In this document: positions 33,727 to 47,060 of the stretch, one piece after another
Numbering within the stretch: the first letter of the stretch is position 1
Layout: the number at the start of each line of letters is the position of its first letter
Assembly (NCBI GenBank): GCA_036172245.1
Contig: JAYWIR010000014.1
Location: forward strand, 2,542,001-2,606,000
DNA: 64,000 nucleotides
Reading direction: 5' to 3'
From: Raillietiella orientalis
Taxonomy: Eukaryota
Position numbers and translations under genes: made by a program
Notes under the pieces: model-generated
Told to the model about the DNA's origin: nothing
What the model saw: only the letters and a program-made list of their open reading frames with translations
Databases searched by the model: none

Positions 33727-36700
33727 CTTGTTTGAATAAGCTAATTTCAAACCTTAACAGTAAACATGCCTAAAATACAAGCACATCCCATGTAAATGAT
33801 CGTAAATGCGAACACAAAGTATTTTGAAATGACGCATCGCTACATCATCAGCACGTTTTTGCTTGCCACATCTAATTGTGAACAGCATTTCAAACAGCAT
33901 TGACACCGAACGCAGCACCAATCCTCATAATTTTTGGGTCCCAACAATATGAGCACGAGAGAGCGACAGGCACAGCAATTTACCTACGAAAGCTATTATC
34001 TGTAATTAAGACCGCATACTTTGTTCTCAAAATATCAAACCTTAACTTGAACTCCCAATACATGCAACCTAATGAATTCTAATGAATTTGCTCTGCTTTA
34101 ATGAAAAAAAAAAAAAAAACAGACGGAAGGTGGTCACATGTTCGACTTGCTGATTTTCGTTGCATATGTTTCGAACCGAACAATTTGCATTAACAGCTTT
34201 AAAATCCCCACATAAGAACAATCAAATATATTTCTGATCTTACCTGACCAGGGACAGTAATATGAACAAACAATAACACAAGTAACAGTCATACTATATG
34301 ATGCAGCCCTGGCTCGAAAATTTGTACGTTTCCATGGTTTGACGTCATACACATCAACATAGTCATCAAATTCCAAACAGGCTCTATTTACAATCCCCCT
34401 TCTACACGAAAGCAGACAGCCAAAAATGTATTCATGTTTCATAGAGAGGATGTCATCGTAACTCTTAAACTTCCAGATACTGTGTTGCAAGCTTTTAGTA
34501 TGGATGTGAGATTAAAATCTTCTTTCTTACGTTCGCATAAAACGCATACATTGCGTGCATTGGCAGTGATCTGAAACGAGGGCAAATAAAAACAAACATC
34601 AGAAGGATGGATAAGAAAGAGATGGAAGTAGAATGTACACGGTTCTTTCTAATGAAACGTTGCTCTGGTTAAGACTGATTTCCTGGGGGGAGGAGAGGGA
34701 GGGGGGGACGACTTAGCATATTTGGGAATCACTCGATCCGTGCTTCAGCTAATTCAGAGCTGAGTCATTTCTTTGAACTTTCATATATTAACTCGGTTTT
34801 GCCCTATTCTGATGCTTACCTTTCGAAATTTTGTTAGCAGTTCAACCAACTGAATTCTAAACATGCTGAGATTAGGAAGAAATGAATAGGCACGGGTAAT
34901 TTTCTATGATACTCTCTTTTCATATTATACTGCCTATAACAATGTGGATAGAATTCTTAGCAAAGAAAGAAACCGTAAAGGAAAGGCAAATATAGGAAAA
35001 TGGAACCTATTGAGAATCCTTTATCTCTATGTAAATAGTTTCAGCAGATGAAAACGCAGTTTACCAGATTAGCTAACATCTGGAATTCTATCGTTCTCAC
35101 ATTTATAGCTTCAGTTAGCTGTGGTTATGGAAATTCAGTTTGTTGTGCTCATTAACCAGTTACATTAAAGGACAGAAATAGTTATTTAACAGAGGTGAAG
35201 TACGCTCACAAAATGCCCATGAATTCGATCATCTGTAAATTGTTAAGGACAAATAGATTCAATGCAATATGACGAGAGATTACCTGCAGTTTCCACGACA
35301 TATCCATGGAATACTTTATTAGAATTGAAAAGTGAATTGGAATGATTAGGCGACAGACAAGTGAAACTCTAAAATTTCACCATATAAACTATATGCTTGA
35401 AACAATGTATCATATATCTTTGTGTTTTCTGCATTTCGGTCTACGAAACACAAGTGTATTCTTTCGGTGCATAAAGGATGTATCATACTGTTGTAGAAAA
35501 TACAACCTGAATTATGATGGATTATACGAGAATTTTGATTAGTTTATGGATATGAAAAGAAAAAAAAGTGGGAAATGTCTTCTATTCTTAAATTTAGCTG
35601 CATCTGGCAATGCTTTTCACTTGAAAACAGGTATGCCAGGATTATCTGATGCGAGATTATCCATACAGCCCAAAGATAACAATTTCATGGGCTTCCGAAT
35701 TATTTAGAAAGGATGAAAAAGAAGGTATTGGCAAAACAAAAAATCGAAATGACTCATAGATAACAGACACGTTCTGAGGTCTTAGCATCATCAATGTTGC
35801 AGTGAGTGCCGAGTGTCAGTGTTTACTTGGCACAGCTACTTTCTGCCTGAGTCGCATACTTCGATGAATTTTACGAATTCCTGAAAAGATGAGAAAACCT
35901 TCCTCGATCTTTCAACATTCGGTTCTGCTCCTTCCCCTTTCCTTTCTAAGTCGCATCTTCACTACATGTGTTAAATGGATCCCGCAACAAGATGGCGCTA
36001 ATTATCGAAAGGGTCATCAACATTTACTCGAGACCTGCATCCTGCATCCTCTTCTGGCTTGCAAGTGTGGATCCGCCCATCTCCCTACTCCCCCACTCCC
36101 TTGCGATTTCAACCTCTGACGCTCCATAAGATTTGAACTCGAAGGAGAGGCTGTTTGGCGTCTGGGAAGATTGCAGCTTTTCCTTCCATCTGGGGAGAGT
36201 GGCAACAATCTCTCCTTCCTAGTCCTTCTTGGATAGGGACTCCTGGGAGCTTTCGGTGCCCTCTGGAGGTTTCAGTCTGGTCGGTTGGGCCATGTGGCAC
36301 TCAAAAGAAAACACCCAGGAAGATCATTGCCCCCTCAGGGTGAAGCGAGACGGAGTTGAAAGTACTCCAAGAGACCCGAAAAAGTGCGTTTCCCTGGCGA
36401 CGCCGCGCCTCTGATCGGCTCGGGTCCCGGGCACCTCCCCTCTTCTTTCTCCACACGTGGATTGAGCCATTTATGCACTCCTTTGTCGTCACTTGCCGCT
36501 TCGCCTCCAGCGCCAAAAATAATCACGCGGGCGCCGGAAACTACGCTCGGCATCCTAGCTCCACCACATGCATGACCTCCGCCGCCTCGGGCGAACTCAA
36601 CTTCCTTGGCTTAGCTTCCTGCGGCTTCTTGTTCCAGTCGGCAAGGAGAGGTCAGGGCGGGTCGAGTAGGCTGCCAGTGAACCGAAGGGTGGCAGCCTCT

Positions 36701-39700
36701 TGTGGTCACCACTGGGAATCTCCGGAACGGAACTCAAGTTTTTCTTTTTTTTTTTTCACTTGGAGGGTCCGAGGAGGCATCACTCAGAGAACCCCGGGAG
36801 GTTGTTTCCACTGGGGACTTCGGAATGGTGCTAGACGGGAAGGGGGAAGCATGTTCCGCTCTGGATGGAGGGGGCGGATGCCCCGGGCAAGATGAATGTG
36901 GGTTGCATTTTTTTGTCGACGGGAACGCGGGAGGAGCAAAAAAGGGGGTGTCTGTGGGAGTGACTTTGAATTCGGGAGTGGCGCCCGACACCGCTCTGTG
37001 CCCGCAGGGAGATGAGGTTGAACAGGTCAAAATCGCACCTGTCCCTCAGGGATGTTCCGGTGGTACCTTGAAAAAAGGGAGGAGACGAAAGGAGAGGTGA
37101 TGTGAGCCCGCCTCCGTGCGCGTCCTCATGGACACCTTTCGAGGAGGGACGAGCGATCAGCGCCAGAGGCCACGTTCGGAGGGGTCTGCCGGTGCGCACC
37201 CTTCTAGGGCGTGCCTCCTAGGGAGCCTCGCCCCTCAGATAGCGCGGCTTCCTGGAGAGGGAGCTCCTGGTGCCGACTTCCCTGAGTGCGGTGGCGATTC
37301 CTTCTCGGAGGCACGGGGTCACTTCCTGTGAAGGGAAGCGCCCTCTCTCCTTCCTCCCCTCCCCAACCGAATAAAAGAAAGATGGGGCACGGGAGGAAAT
37401 CGGGTCCTTCGCGGTATGGTACATCCGCAGCCACCGGTCTGGGTCAGCCCTGGAAGAGGATCGCTGGACCTTCTTGCTTGCTTGCCCTCCCTTCGCACTG
37501 TTCTGAGGTCGGCGCTGCTGTGCCGGCGGCTGTCCCCGGAGGGAGGACGCCCTCCCCGGGAGAGACCCTGTGAAGAGCAGGTGCTGAATTTTCCGGAGGA
37601 GAACCCTGGGCGCGCTTTCCCGCAAGACCCGTCCAGGCAACGGGGGAGTGCTCTTCGAGTCCTGCCAGGAAACCTTGGAAACGAGCTGCCCCCTCTCCGG
37701 CACATGGCAGGGAAAGGTGCAATGCTATAAGGAGTCCCCTAGGAAGGCCCTCCCGGGTGGCAGCTGCCCGGGCGTTAAGGGGTTCCGTAAAATGCGCAGA
37801 GGGGGGGGGACTTCCCTGTGCCCCCTTAACGAAATCGGGAGACCAAGGGTTGGTAGGACGAGGAACACTCCCAGGAGCGTCTCCCCTCACGTCTCTTGCA
37901 AAGAGGAAAGGCTCAGGGACCAGGGTCTCCAGAGGCAGGTACCTCTGACAAGGAGGGACCTGCGGAAGTTCCGCCTTTCCCGTCGTCTCCGGCTGCGGTC
38001 AGCTCGTGGCTGGCTTCATAGCCCTCTTTTCTTTCCCCGAGGCGTGCGGGTCGGCGGCCTCCGTGCTTCCGGAACCCTCTGGTCTGTAGGAAAAGTCCGG
38101 AGTCTAGGAGAGTCCGGGATATCAGGGGAGGTTATCCGGGTTGCAGCCCTCTTGTGGGATGGACCGTGGACCAGGAGGAGGAGAGGAGAGGTGCGGGAGT
38201 GAGTGAAGGGTCGAGGCCCACCCTCTCAAGGAGATGCCCGCAACCTCGATGACAACGGGGTGTGTCGAAGGAGCTGGTGGTCCTCGCTGCAGCTTCCGTG
38301 GGGGCGGGTAGCATCCCCTGGAATCAGCAGCGACCGGGATCCCGCGTGCCAGTGCGCGCGGCTGCTTCCGCCATCTACGAGCGCTCCTGTAAACCTTGTC
38401 CGAGCCGTGCCAAGCGCCCAAGATCACACCGCGCGGCTTAGGCCCCTTTTCCGCTCTGGGGAAGAAAGGGAAGGGGGGGACCCACGGATCTCACGTTCTC
38501 CAGGCGAAAGTGAGGTCTCGGGCAGAGGCGCAAAGGGATCCCTCTCCATCCATGTCTCCTCGAGGATTCGGCACTTCCGGGAACCCCTCCAGGTGAGAGG
38601 GGAACGTTTGCTTCCGGTCGCGAGTGACCTGGATCGCGGAGGGATGGACTCTCGAAAGACATCCGACCATGTGAGAAGAGAGGGGTGTTATCTGAAAGTG
38701 TCTACCCTTCTTCCTCCTCCTCCGGCTGACATGGTGCTACTGACCAGGAAGGACCACCTGCTTCTCCGGAGAGGCAGGTGGTAAGGAGCGAGCGAATGGG
38801 AAAGGGTCCCTGCTGCTGGCGCAGGACTCTCGCAGATGTGGGGAAAAAACATGGACCGCCCCTCCCTTTCTGGAGGTGGTCAGCTCGAATGCGAGAAGTC
38901 GCTGGGGTAGGGATGCTGCATGGAAGACTCGTTGGGAACTCCAGCGATCCCCTGAAGATATCAATCTCGTTCAGCAAGAGGAAGAGGGGGGGTGAGAGGG
39001 GAGGCAGTCGTGACCGCGGAAGGGTGCACGTGCGCCTCGAGAGCACGAGCGGGATGTGGGTCAGAACCCTCCGGAGCAGCCTGGCGCGGTAGCTCCGAGG
39101 TCTCAGCAGCGGAAAGCAACCGAGGAAGGCGAGAAGGGGAGGGGGGGAAAGGGAGTGACCTTTCCCTCCCCCCTCCCCTTCTTGTCAAGGAGCCCATCCT
39201 CTTTAGCAGCCGAACAAGTCTCCTGCTGCCTCTGGGCGAAGAAGAGCTCCGGAAACCATGGCAATCGCTGGACAGCTGCCAGGATCACGTGGGCTCGGGG
39301 GACGCCGGATACATCCGAGCTCTCCTTAGCCCCTTTCCCGACTCCCTCAAACTGTGCCTTTCCGGGAGAGGAGGAAGTGACTCCGTCTCTCCATCCCCAC
39401 CCTATCCCCCTATCCCAATGCGGCAACCTCCCGGAGAGCATGCGAAGCTCCCAGTCCTCTGGGAACTTTTCCCTCCCATGAGTGGCGCCGTGTCGACCGG
39501 GCCGAAGCGCCAAGCCAATGCGGCATGGCGCGTGCGAACGGAGCCCCCCCTGCGCAGGAGCAACGCAAACCTCCCTCTAAGTCGCAGGGAGTCTCTCCTT
39601 CCAGAAGCTCCCCGTTCGGCGACTAAGAGAGGGAGGCGCCCCCTCGGATCTCCCGCTCCATCAGATAACTGCTCGAGGGAGGGGGAACGTTCCCGCCGCC

Positions 39701-40154
39701 TCGTCGTAGCCGCCGTCGCCATGTCGCTCTGTCTCTCGGCTTCGGCACGTACTGCATGGCCTCGCCCCCCAGGTGAATCCACGAAAGAAGGGTCCGTCGG
39801 CAAGTGGCGCTTCCGTCGGCGTCGACATGTGCTGTTGTGTACACGGTGGCCATCGCGGGAGGGCTCTCAGCAAAGACGCGCGGGACGCCTCCTTGGACGG
39901 ACTCTCCTGCCTGTTGAGGGACCTCTGTACGGCCCGTTCTACTGGGTTCGTCTCAATCCTTGCCCTTCCTCCCTCCCCTGGACCACACCTGGCTCCTTTT
40001 AAGCCCTCTGGTCGCTCTGCGAGAGCTCAGGAAGGAAGACACGGACCGGGTTCTGAGAGACAAGGAGGGCTTGTTATTTTTGGGGGAGGTGGAAGGGAGG
40101 AGAGGCGAAGGGTCCATCTCCTCCTACCTTCGCCACCTTCGCCGTGGGAAACAG

Positions 40155-40982
40155 TCACGTGAGACTGCAGAGTGAGGGAAGAACGTTCAGCAGCCCCTTC
40201 CCGTCCTCGAAGTGGACGCCACTGACGTGGCTGAAGCAACAGGGGTTCGAGATGTCCGTCTTGGGGAGGGGACGACGCTTCGGGCGTGGCTGGGGTTTCG
40301 CCTTGGACTTGGGAGCGGACAGGGAGATGTTGGTCGGGTCGGATGACAGCTTCTGGACGCGGCGGAAAAGTTCTTCCGCCGCGAAGGCGTCGAGGAAGCG
40401 CAGGCCGACCACGCATCCGTGGTCGGCGCTGTGGTGGAAAGTATGGAAGTCCGCCTCATGGCGTCGGTAGTTGCTGAGGTTGTCGATGACATCGGACAGG
40501 AGGACGAAGGGGGTCGAGTCCGAGATGACCAGCTGCAGCTGCCTCTTGTCCCTGGCCCTTGTGAGACCCGGCGAGAACAGCAGCACCGGGACTCCGGTAC
40601 ACTTCGGCAGCCACTCGCCGCTTCGCCGGCGCATGCACACCCGCGCCCAGGTGGGGCACACGTACACCTCAGTAGCGAGGCCACTGTAGAAAGCTTGGAT
40701 GGGGAACACCTCGCCGTCGGTCAGCTTGGATGGGTCGGGATCGCCAGCAGCGCTTTCGTCTCGGCCGCACCCGCCGTCCAGGGCCGGAGCAGCAGCGGTT
40801 TCGGGGACCGCACGCGTCGGGGGAGCAGAAGACGAACCCTGTTCCTCGCCCGCCTCCCGGTAAACAAACAGGTGGGAGGTAAAGTTGGGTCTCCCTCCCA
40901 GCTCTCCGGTGGGCTCCCCTGGGACGTCCTGCCATCCGATCCTCGTCTCGCAGGTCTGCCTCTGACGCCGGAAAGAGGTCAT
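40155..40982 (-). CDS. WH1/EVH1-like domain protein with a basic linker and CRIB-like motif (resembles arthropod MESR3-type proteins); single visible coding exon, about 275 aa, true start uncertain
   Basis: GC3-rich ORF with WARVCM..GEWLPKCTGVPVLL..TRARDKRQLQLVI..FVLLSDVIDNLSNY..FHTFHHSADH..GLRF..A.E.F..V.KLSSDPTNISLS, then the basic PKSKAKPQPRPKRRPLPK and DISNPCCFSHVSGV. An acceptor (tttcctttccag|) lies at 41008, upstream of the ATG at 40982. The family assignment is from recognition only. Confidence 0.75.
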   Translation of the reverse strand: MTSFRRQRQTCETRIGWQDVPGEPTGELGGRPNFTSHLFVYREAGEEQGSSSAPPTRAVPETAAAPALDGGCGRDESAAGDPDPSKLTDGEVFPIQAFYSGLATEVYVCPTWARVCMRRRSGEWLPKCTGVPVLLFSPGLTRARDKRQLQLVISDSTPFVLLSDVIDNLSNYRRHEADFHTFHHSADHGCVVGLRFLDAFAAEELFRRVQKLSSDPTNISLSAPKSKAKPQPRPKRRPLPKTDISNPCCFSHVSGVHFEDGKGLLNVLPSLCSLT

Positions 40983-43962
40983 CTCTTGAGCGGGTCCCAA
41001 CAGGTATCTGGAAAGGAAATGCCAACGTTTCGCTCGCTGATCTTGAAACCAAACCCTTGACCCTCCCTCCCTGCTTCCCGTCATCGCTGTCTCTCACGCG
41101 CTCATAGTCCGCGGAGAAACCACTCTTTGCCAGTTCTGTTGGACGGATTCTCATTTCCGTCCAGGAGAAGCTGGGTCCAGCGCCTCCTCGGGCAACAGCC
41201 GTGGCTCCGACGATCTACAGGCACAAGCACCTCACTTTTAATGAGCTCTCAAAGCGTTCCCATCTGCGGGTGCAAGCAGGGCACGTTTCCCACTACGCAA
41301 GAAGCCATCAAGACACGAGGAAAGGCGAACTGTCGATCTGCGCGCAATGCACGCGACACGTGTTGGGCTTTTGCCGAGTGACTCCCTTTCACTGTGACAG
41401 AAGAGCGTCCCGCTTCTTCTATGGAAGAAGAAACTTGCCCGGAGCAGCTACTTACACGAGAAAGGGGAGATGGAGATGGCTCCCCACTTGCTAAGGCAGA
41501 TTTGCCAGCATCAAGAAAATACGAAAACGAGTTCGTACGCATACAACGGTGGAGTTTTCTCAAACGAGTTCGTATGCGCTGGTCGTTCAGAAGCTCCTGA
41601 ACTTTTTTATGCAACAATAAGCTTGCTTCAACAATCGGATCTATTTTTAGCGAGCTAAAAATACGTCTGCTTTATAAGGGCTTGCAAACCGAACACCAGC
41701 AGCAAAACTGCAGTTTCGGATCCCACAGGATTTGGGGGGACAATGAAAGCCAGCCTCCTGAAGAGTTATATACACATAACTGTTTGGATATAGAGATGGA
41801 AACATAGACAAATATAGAGAATCATTACTTTTGAACATTCCTGTTTGAACAGTTTTCCGTTTCCTGTGTTTGTTTGTTTTTTTTGCATTTAGAAAAAAAA
41901 CAAAAAACACGCATAAAATCAGAAGATCTCTGAATGGTGTATGGTCTTGAAACTCGTTTACGAAGAACCTGAGCTCAGCGCTCTTCTCGGTATCTGGAGA
42001 AAACGAGAGAGAAAGTGCTCTTGTTCAGAGTTGCGGAAAATCCTTAGAAAACAGCCAAACCATTCACGATGGTTCGTTGACTGCCTTCATCATGACGTGA
42101 TGTTTGCGAACAGAATGTTTGATTTATTGAAGGTCCATTGTATTGCCAGAGTTTGAGAGGTATTTGAGTGATACCTTCAATAGCCCACGAAGACATTAAG
42201 CCCGAATCCTAAACCGTTAAACTGGCAATCACTAAGTATGTTGCATTTGCTTCGCAAAACGAAAATTCGGTGGACACTCATCCCAGATCTACCGCTTTTC
42301 TCGTGTTTTTCTTGATCAGCTGAAATGCAAACGGGCGAAGCAAGAAAAAGCATACACCTTTTACACTGTGGTTGCTTTTCCCATACACTCATCGGAGCAT
42401 CTGTGTTGCGTCTGATGTTGAACAGCCAGATTTCTGAGTGGTTGTAAGAGAATCCTTCCGCGCGAACGCATCCCTCTTCTCTTTTCCATGCAAAGTTTCA
42501 GCCTTCCGAGATTACTGAAAATCTTCTTTGCACAAAGAAAAACCAGGAAGATCGATCTGCATCCAGGCAACTTTGCCTGTTTCCTCCGATAAAATCTTTT
42601 GAGTGTCGCCTTCGTGATAACAGGCATCGCCAAGGGTCTTTATCGTCACGGACGTGGACTTCCGGGATGCGAGCCAATTTCTCCGTGGAATCACGATCTC
42701 CTTTCTTCTGATGTCGGTTCTCTGCTCTGAGTTTCGTTTACCCTCATCTAATGGCCATTACCCAGTCGAGGTCCTGCTCGGATGTCGGCTGTTTCCAGTG
42801 TTTCCTCTCTCTACAATGCTGTTTCGCAATTCACGGATTCTTGCAGCTGCGGCGGGGAAGAAAAGGTTTTTTTTTTTTTTATCTCAGAGAAAGATACGAC
42901 GGGTCTTTCTTGCTGGTCAAAGAAGCTGCTCGTTTCTACAATCTGCAGAAGTTCTCTATGACTCCTCGACCTCTTCTGCGTTTGCCCACTGTAGCTGCAA
43001 GCATCTTGCGCTAGTATCCATCACAGTGCATCCTCCGACTGCATTCCACCAAATAATCTTCAAGAAGCACTGATGTCCAGTTTCTTTTAGATTGCGGCGG
43101 AGGGCTCGATTGCTGGCAATTCTAGTGTGGGGGAAGATATGAGGAGAAGAATGGAACAAAGAGCTCTTCGAACAAGAAAGGAATCGGCAATCGTATTTCT
43201 GATTCCTCATTTGGGAAAAAAACTTCTGTAGTAGTAGGTGGGAAGGAAAGTCTCATCCCTACAGCTCCGAAATGTATTCTCACGGGAAAAACGAATCAGT
43301 AGAGCATGATGGGATGAGTGATGGTTTAAGGAGACAGCGAAGAAAGGAGATTAAGAGAAGGGAGAAGGAGAAGGTGAGAAAAGAAAAAGTGTTACACGGT
43401 TCCAGGACGATGTTGCGCTCGGGTGGATGCATTGGAAGTGTGTTTTCCCAGATCTACATGAGAGAGTAAGCGGTCCCGTTCTGTCGACCTTGGAGAAACA
43501 TAAGGGGTGCATCCGGGAGCTGTTGCCACTCTTCGAAGGTGCATCAGGAAGAGACAAGCCTCCAATAGGGTTTCCTGCTCTTTCGTTTCCATCATCGAAG
43601 CTCTCTGCCTCCTTTCCCCAGCCCGAGCGTGCCACGTGAAGGGAAATCACTCCAATATTTCCGGATTGTGCATGCTCGTGATGGCGCAGCATGATTCCAT
43701 TGCTTGCGCGCTGAAGTCCCCTTGAAAACTGGGTGTGGCGCGCTCGTAGGCAGCCGATCGACGTAAATTCGGTACTGTCGCGCTGTCATCTTACCATGCA
43801 CGCGCAGGTTATGCGTGCATACGTTTTTTTCTCCCTTCACGCTTCTCTCTTCAAACTGCATTTCGGCCGAATGATTTCAGAATTAATAATCGTCTTATCT
43901 GGCAAACGCAATTCTTGAACACAAAAAGGTTCGTGAAGTTCCAGTCTCTCCAACAACAAAAC

Positions 43963-44001
<39 letters not shown>
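43963..44001. repeat. (AAT)13 microsatellite
   Basis: Direct count of perfect AAT units. Confidence 0.95.
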
Positions 44002-44005
<4 letters not shown>

Positions 44006-46971
44006 GACCCTTCAAATGGGTCGGAGAGCGAGCACCTATCAACACCACGAGAGCGAAGACCAAATATGGCTACCATTCAACAATGATAACGGTTCGCGCT
44101 CCGTAGGCCCAGATCCCAATGTTTGCAAGCATCCGCGTTCGCGGACTGAGAATTCCTGATTTCGTACGTAAAGGTGAAAACGTATTCGGGAGGAGGAGGA
44201 GACTTCTCAAGAGTTCGGAGGTAGGTGGGTGGGGAGGGAGAACAGATTATCAGCTGCTGCACCACGGGCTTGTCGACTGCGTTGCTGTCTCGTTTTCTAA
44301 ATGGATCTTTCCTACAGAAGACGCATCGCCACAAAGGCGTAATTACCGCTCCAGCATTTCATGCACGCATACGCATCTTTGATGTCTAGTTTTTTTGTTT
44401 TCATTCCGCCTTGGATTGTTTTAAACTGTGTAAACGCTTTTTTTTTCTTTTCTTTTTTTTGCAAATGCGTGAGGAATCAAAAGTAGCCAACTCGAGACAT
44501 TAACACAACTTTCTTGTGCTATTGCCGCGTTTGGGAAGTGATTTATAATCTTTTGTTTCCCGATCTCGTCTCAGATTCTCATCGGATGCAAGCACAACTT
44601 TGATTAACAAGGATTTAAGTTACGGAAAGCAGAAATCTCATGATGCCAACTAAATACAAACATTCATACTTTAATGCAGTTGAGAAAAATGATTGTTTGT
44701 CTTAAGTCTCCTAAATTCCTTGAAATCCAATTGTGATGGGACGAAATTGTGATTTCCTCTTTCCGGAACAATAAAATCCCTCAACATTGACAACTGTGAA
44801 AAAGGAAAAGGAAAACCTTAGATCTATAAGAAGGGTAATCCCGAAGAAAGGATTTTCAAGTGCAAGATTTTTCCATCTGGAAACCACAAAGCTCAAATTT
44901 TTAACGTCCACAGCAGCTGCACGTGGCGATTCGAGGAGTGGACATGCAAGAGAAGTTGGGATTCTTTTCAAAGATTCTTCCTGAGGCTCCAAAAATTTTT
45001 CTTAGCTGTAGAAATGACATCCAACAAGACTCAAGCCGAAGGTCAACAGAGCCCGCAGAAATCGATTACTCGTATTCCATTCGGCTCCGTTTGTGTTTTT
45101 GGTCTTTCTCGCTCTCTCCAGCTTCTCAAACCCACATATAGCACTGGGTTGTAGCATCTGTCTTCTGAACAAACCTCAGTCTCCTTGCAAGCCCTGCCCC
45201 AACTTACAAAGGGGAAAAATAGCATTTTCACAAGTCGCTATGGAGAGCTCAAGAGATGGATAGGAAGTTCATCCAGAGGCATGGAGCGACAATACTTCCA
45301 GAGTTCCTAGGCACGGAATGCCGTATCTTTTTCTTTAACACCAGGCTTCCGAGAAAAGGAAACCTATGCTGTTTTCTGACAGACCATCGCCACTGTGACA
45401 ACCCAATTCGATGATCCGCAAGCTAACAAAGAACTCACGGATCGACGCGGCTTCCAAAAACTTCCTGTGGGGCGTCTATATGCACGCTTGCGAGCGACGT
45501 TCGAGGTTCTCGAAAATTTACTGTTAGGTCGCCCTCTTCGGGCGACGTACTCGTCTGCAAAATCAGGCACTCCGGAGAGAGACTTCGGAAGAACAAATTC
45601 GTGACTTATTCGCTGAAGAAGCGAGCGTTTGGCTTCCCTTTCATGGCAGGTAGCGCTTAATGGTTGAAAAAAAAAGAGAAAAAGAAGGAAAATATGAACA
45701 AAAGAAGGGAAACTCAGGTGCCACCCATCAGGCCTGCATTCGGTATTGTGGATGGAGACGTCCTTTCACAAAATTCTTCTTTTCCGTTTCTTCCAAGAGT
45801 AGCAGGACGCTAACACTTCACAAAGAAACTTCTCATTCTGCTTTCCCTCCTCCCTTTCTTGCAGGAAGGGTCGAGAACTCCCTCCTTTCCTCTACTCGAG
45901 GAAGGAGGATCTGGCTATTTTGATGGCCGGGAGCATTTCCGAAAAAGATGCCCCCAAGAGGAACGCGGTAGACCGTAGCGATCGCGCTCTTCGTGAGCAA
46001 AACAGAATGGAACAGGAAGAGCAACGGGCAACCCCACGACCTAAGTTTCAGCTCCCGATGCTCTGCGAGTTCCTAGATGTCAGGAGTTCCCAGTTCGGGA
46101 ACACATTTTCCCAGATCTGGGATCTTCTCGTCTGAGCAGCTCGAGACGCACGTGCTACACAAGGGAGGAGGATGTGGACCCCTTGCAACGCGCACCCTCT
46201 AGGTACCACCTCTCATGGAGCCGCTCGGGAGCACTGTCGGCATGGCAGGAACCACAGACCACTCGATGGCCATCCGGCGCCACGGTGCGGGCAGCTTGGC
46301 TCTCGCGCTGTCCTTCGCCTCTTGGAATGACTCCTGCTCTGCCCCGCCACGAAGAAGTGTCATGGCAATCACGACGGATGGGACGGGACCCGAGACGGAT
46401 GCTCCCTTTGGAGAGCTCTCTGACGAAGACTCCCCTCGTGTTCCTTGAGACACCCACGAGGAACCGCACCAGCTCCCGAAGCCCGAGTGTAGGGATTTCA
46501 TCTCTCGCGAGTCATTCTGGAGGCACCCAGGTCCGAGAAGCTTCGCTAACCGCCGGCCCATTCGCTTCGCAGGGCTGACGGCCCCTCGCACGCGAGCTCG
46601 ACCAGCGGCATCTGCACTTCGATGCACCAGTAGGAACCCACCGAGTTCGTCGCCGCCTCGTTTTCGGAAGAAAGGATTTTTTCTCTCCTTGACAGGAGGG
46701 GCTGGTCTCCGCCGTCTGCTCCGCTTTTCCTGAGACGTCTGCGGGGAAAAGGTCGCGCTTCCAAGGATTGGGATCTTTCCTCCGGTGGCGTTCGAATCTT
46801 CCCGATGCAGTGCTTCCTCCCTGGAGAGCAAAACTGAGGAGGACGTTCCACGCTGTGGGGAGCTAAGGTCCATGCCACTGGAGGAAGTAGGCGGTGGGAG
46901 ATCGAACGAGAAGGGAGCACGCAGAGGTCGCGGGCACGCACAGCAGAACGCTTGCCGCTCACGCGACTCAC

Positions 46972-47060
46972 CCGTGAATGCAGGGGTGGCGCTGTTGCTA
47001 TTGCTGCTGCGCGTGCACGCCGCAAGCGCTCCTGCTGCTGCATCACGACACACGAATACT
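46972..47060 (-). other. Possible 5' exon of the WH1/CRIB-like gene
   Basis: Inr-like TCAGT (A at 47060) followed 89 nt later by a consensus donor, CGG|GTGAGT. It is on the same strand as, and 6 kb upstream of, the acceptor at 41008; the linkage is inferred. Confidence 0.3.

Noticed and set aside
46155..46469. TVAPDGHRVVCGS, resembling a WD40 SPDG..V.SGS motif
   Set aside because: A single short match with no repeat periodicity or WD dipeptide.
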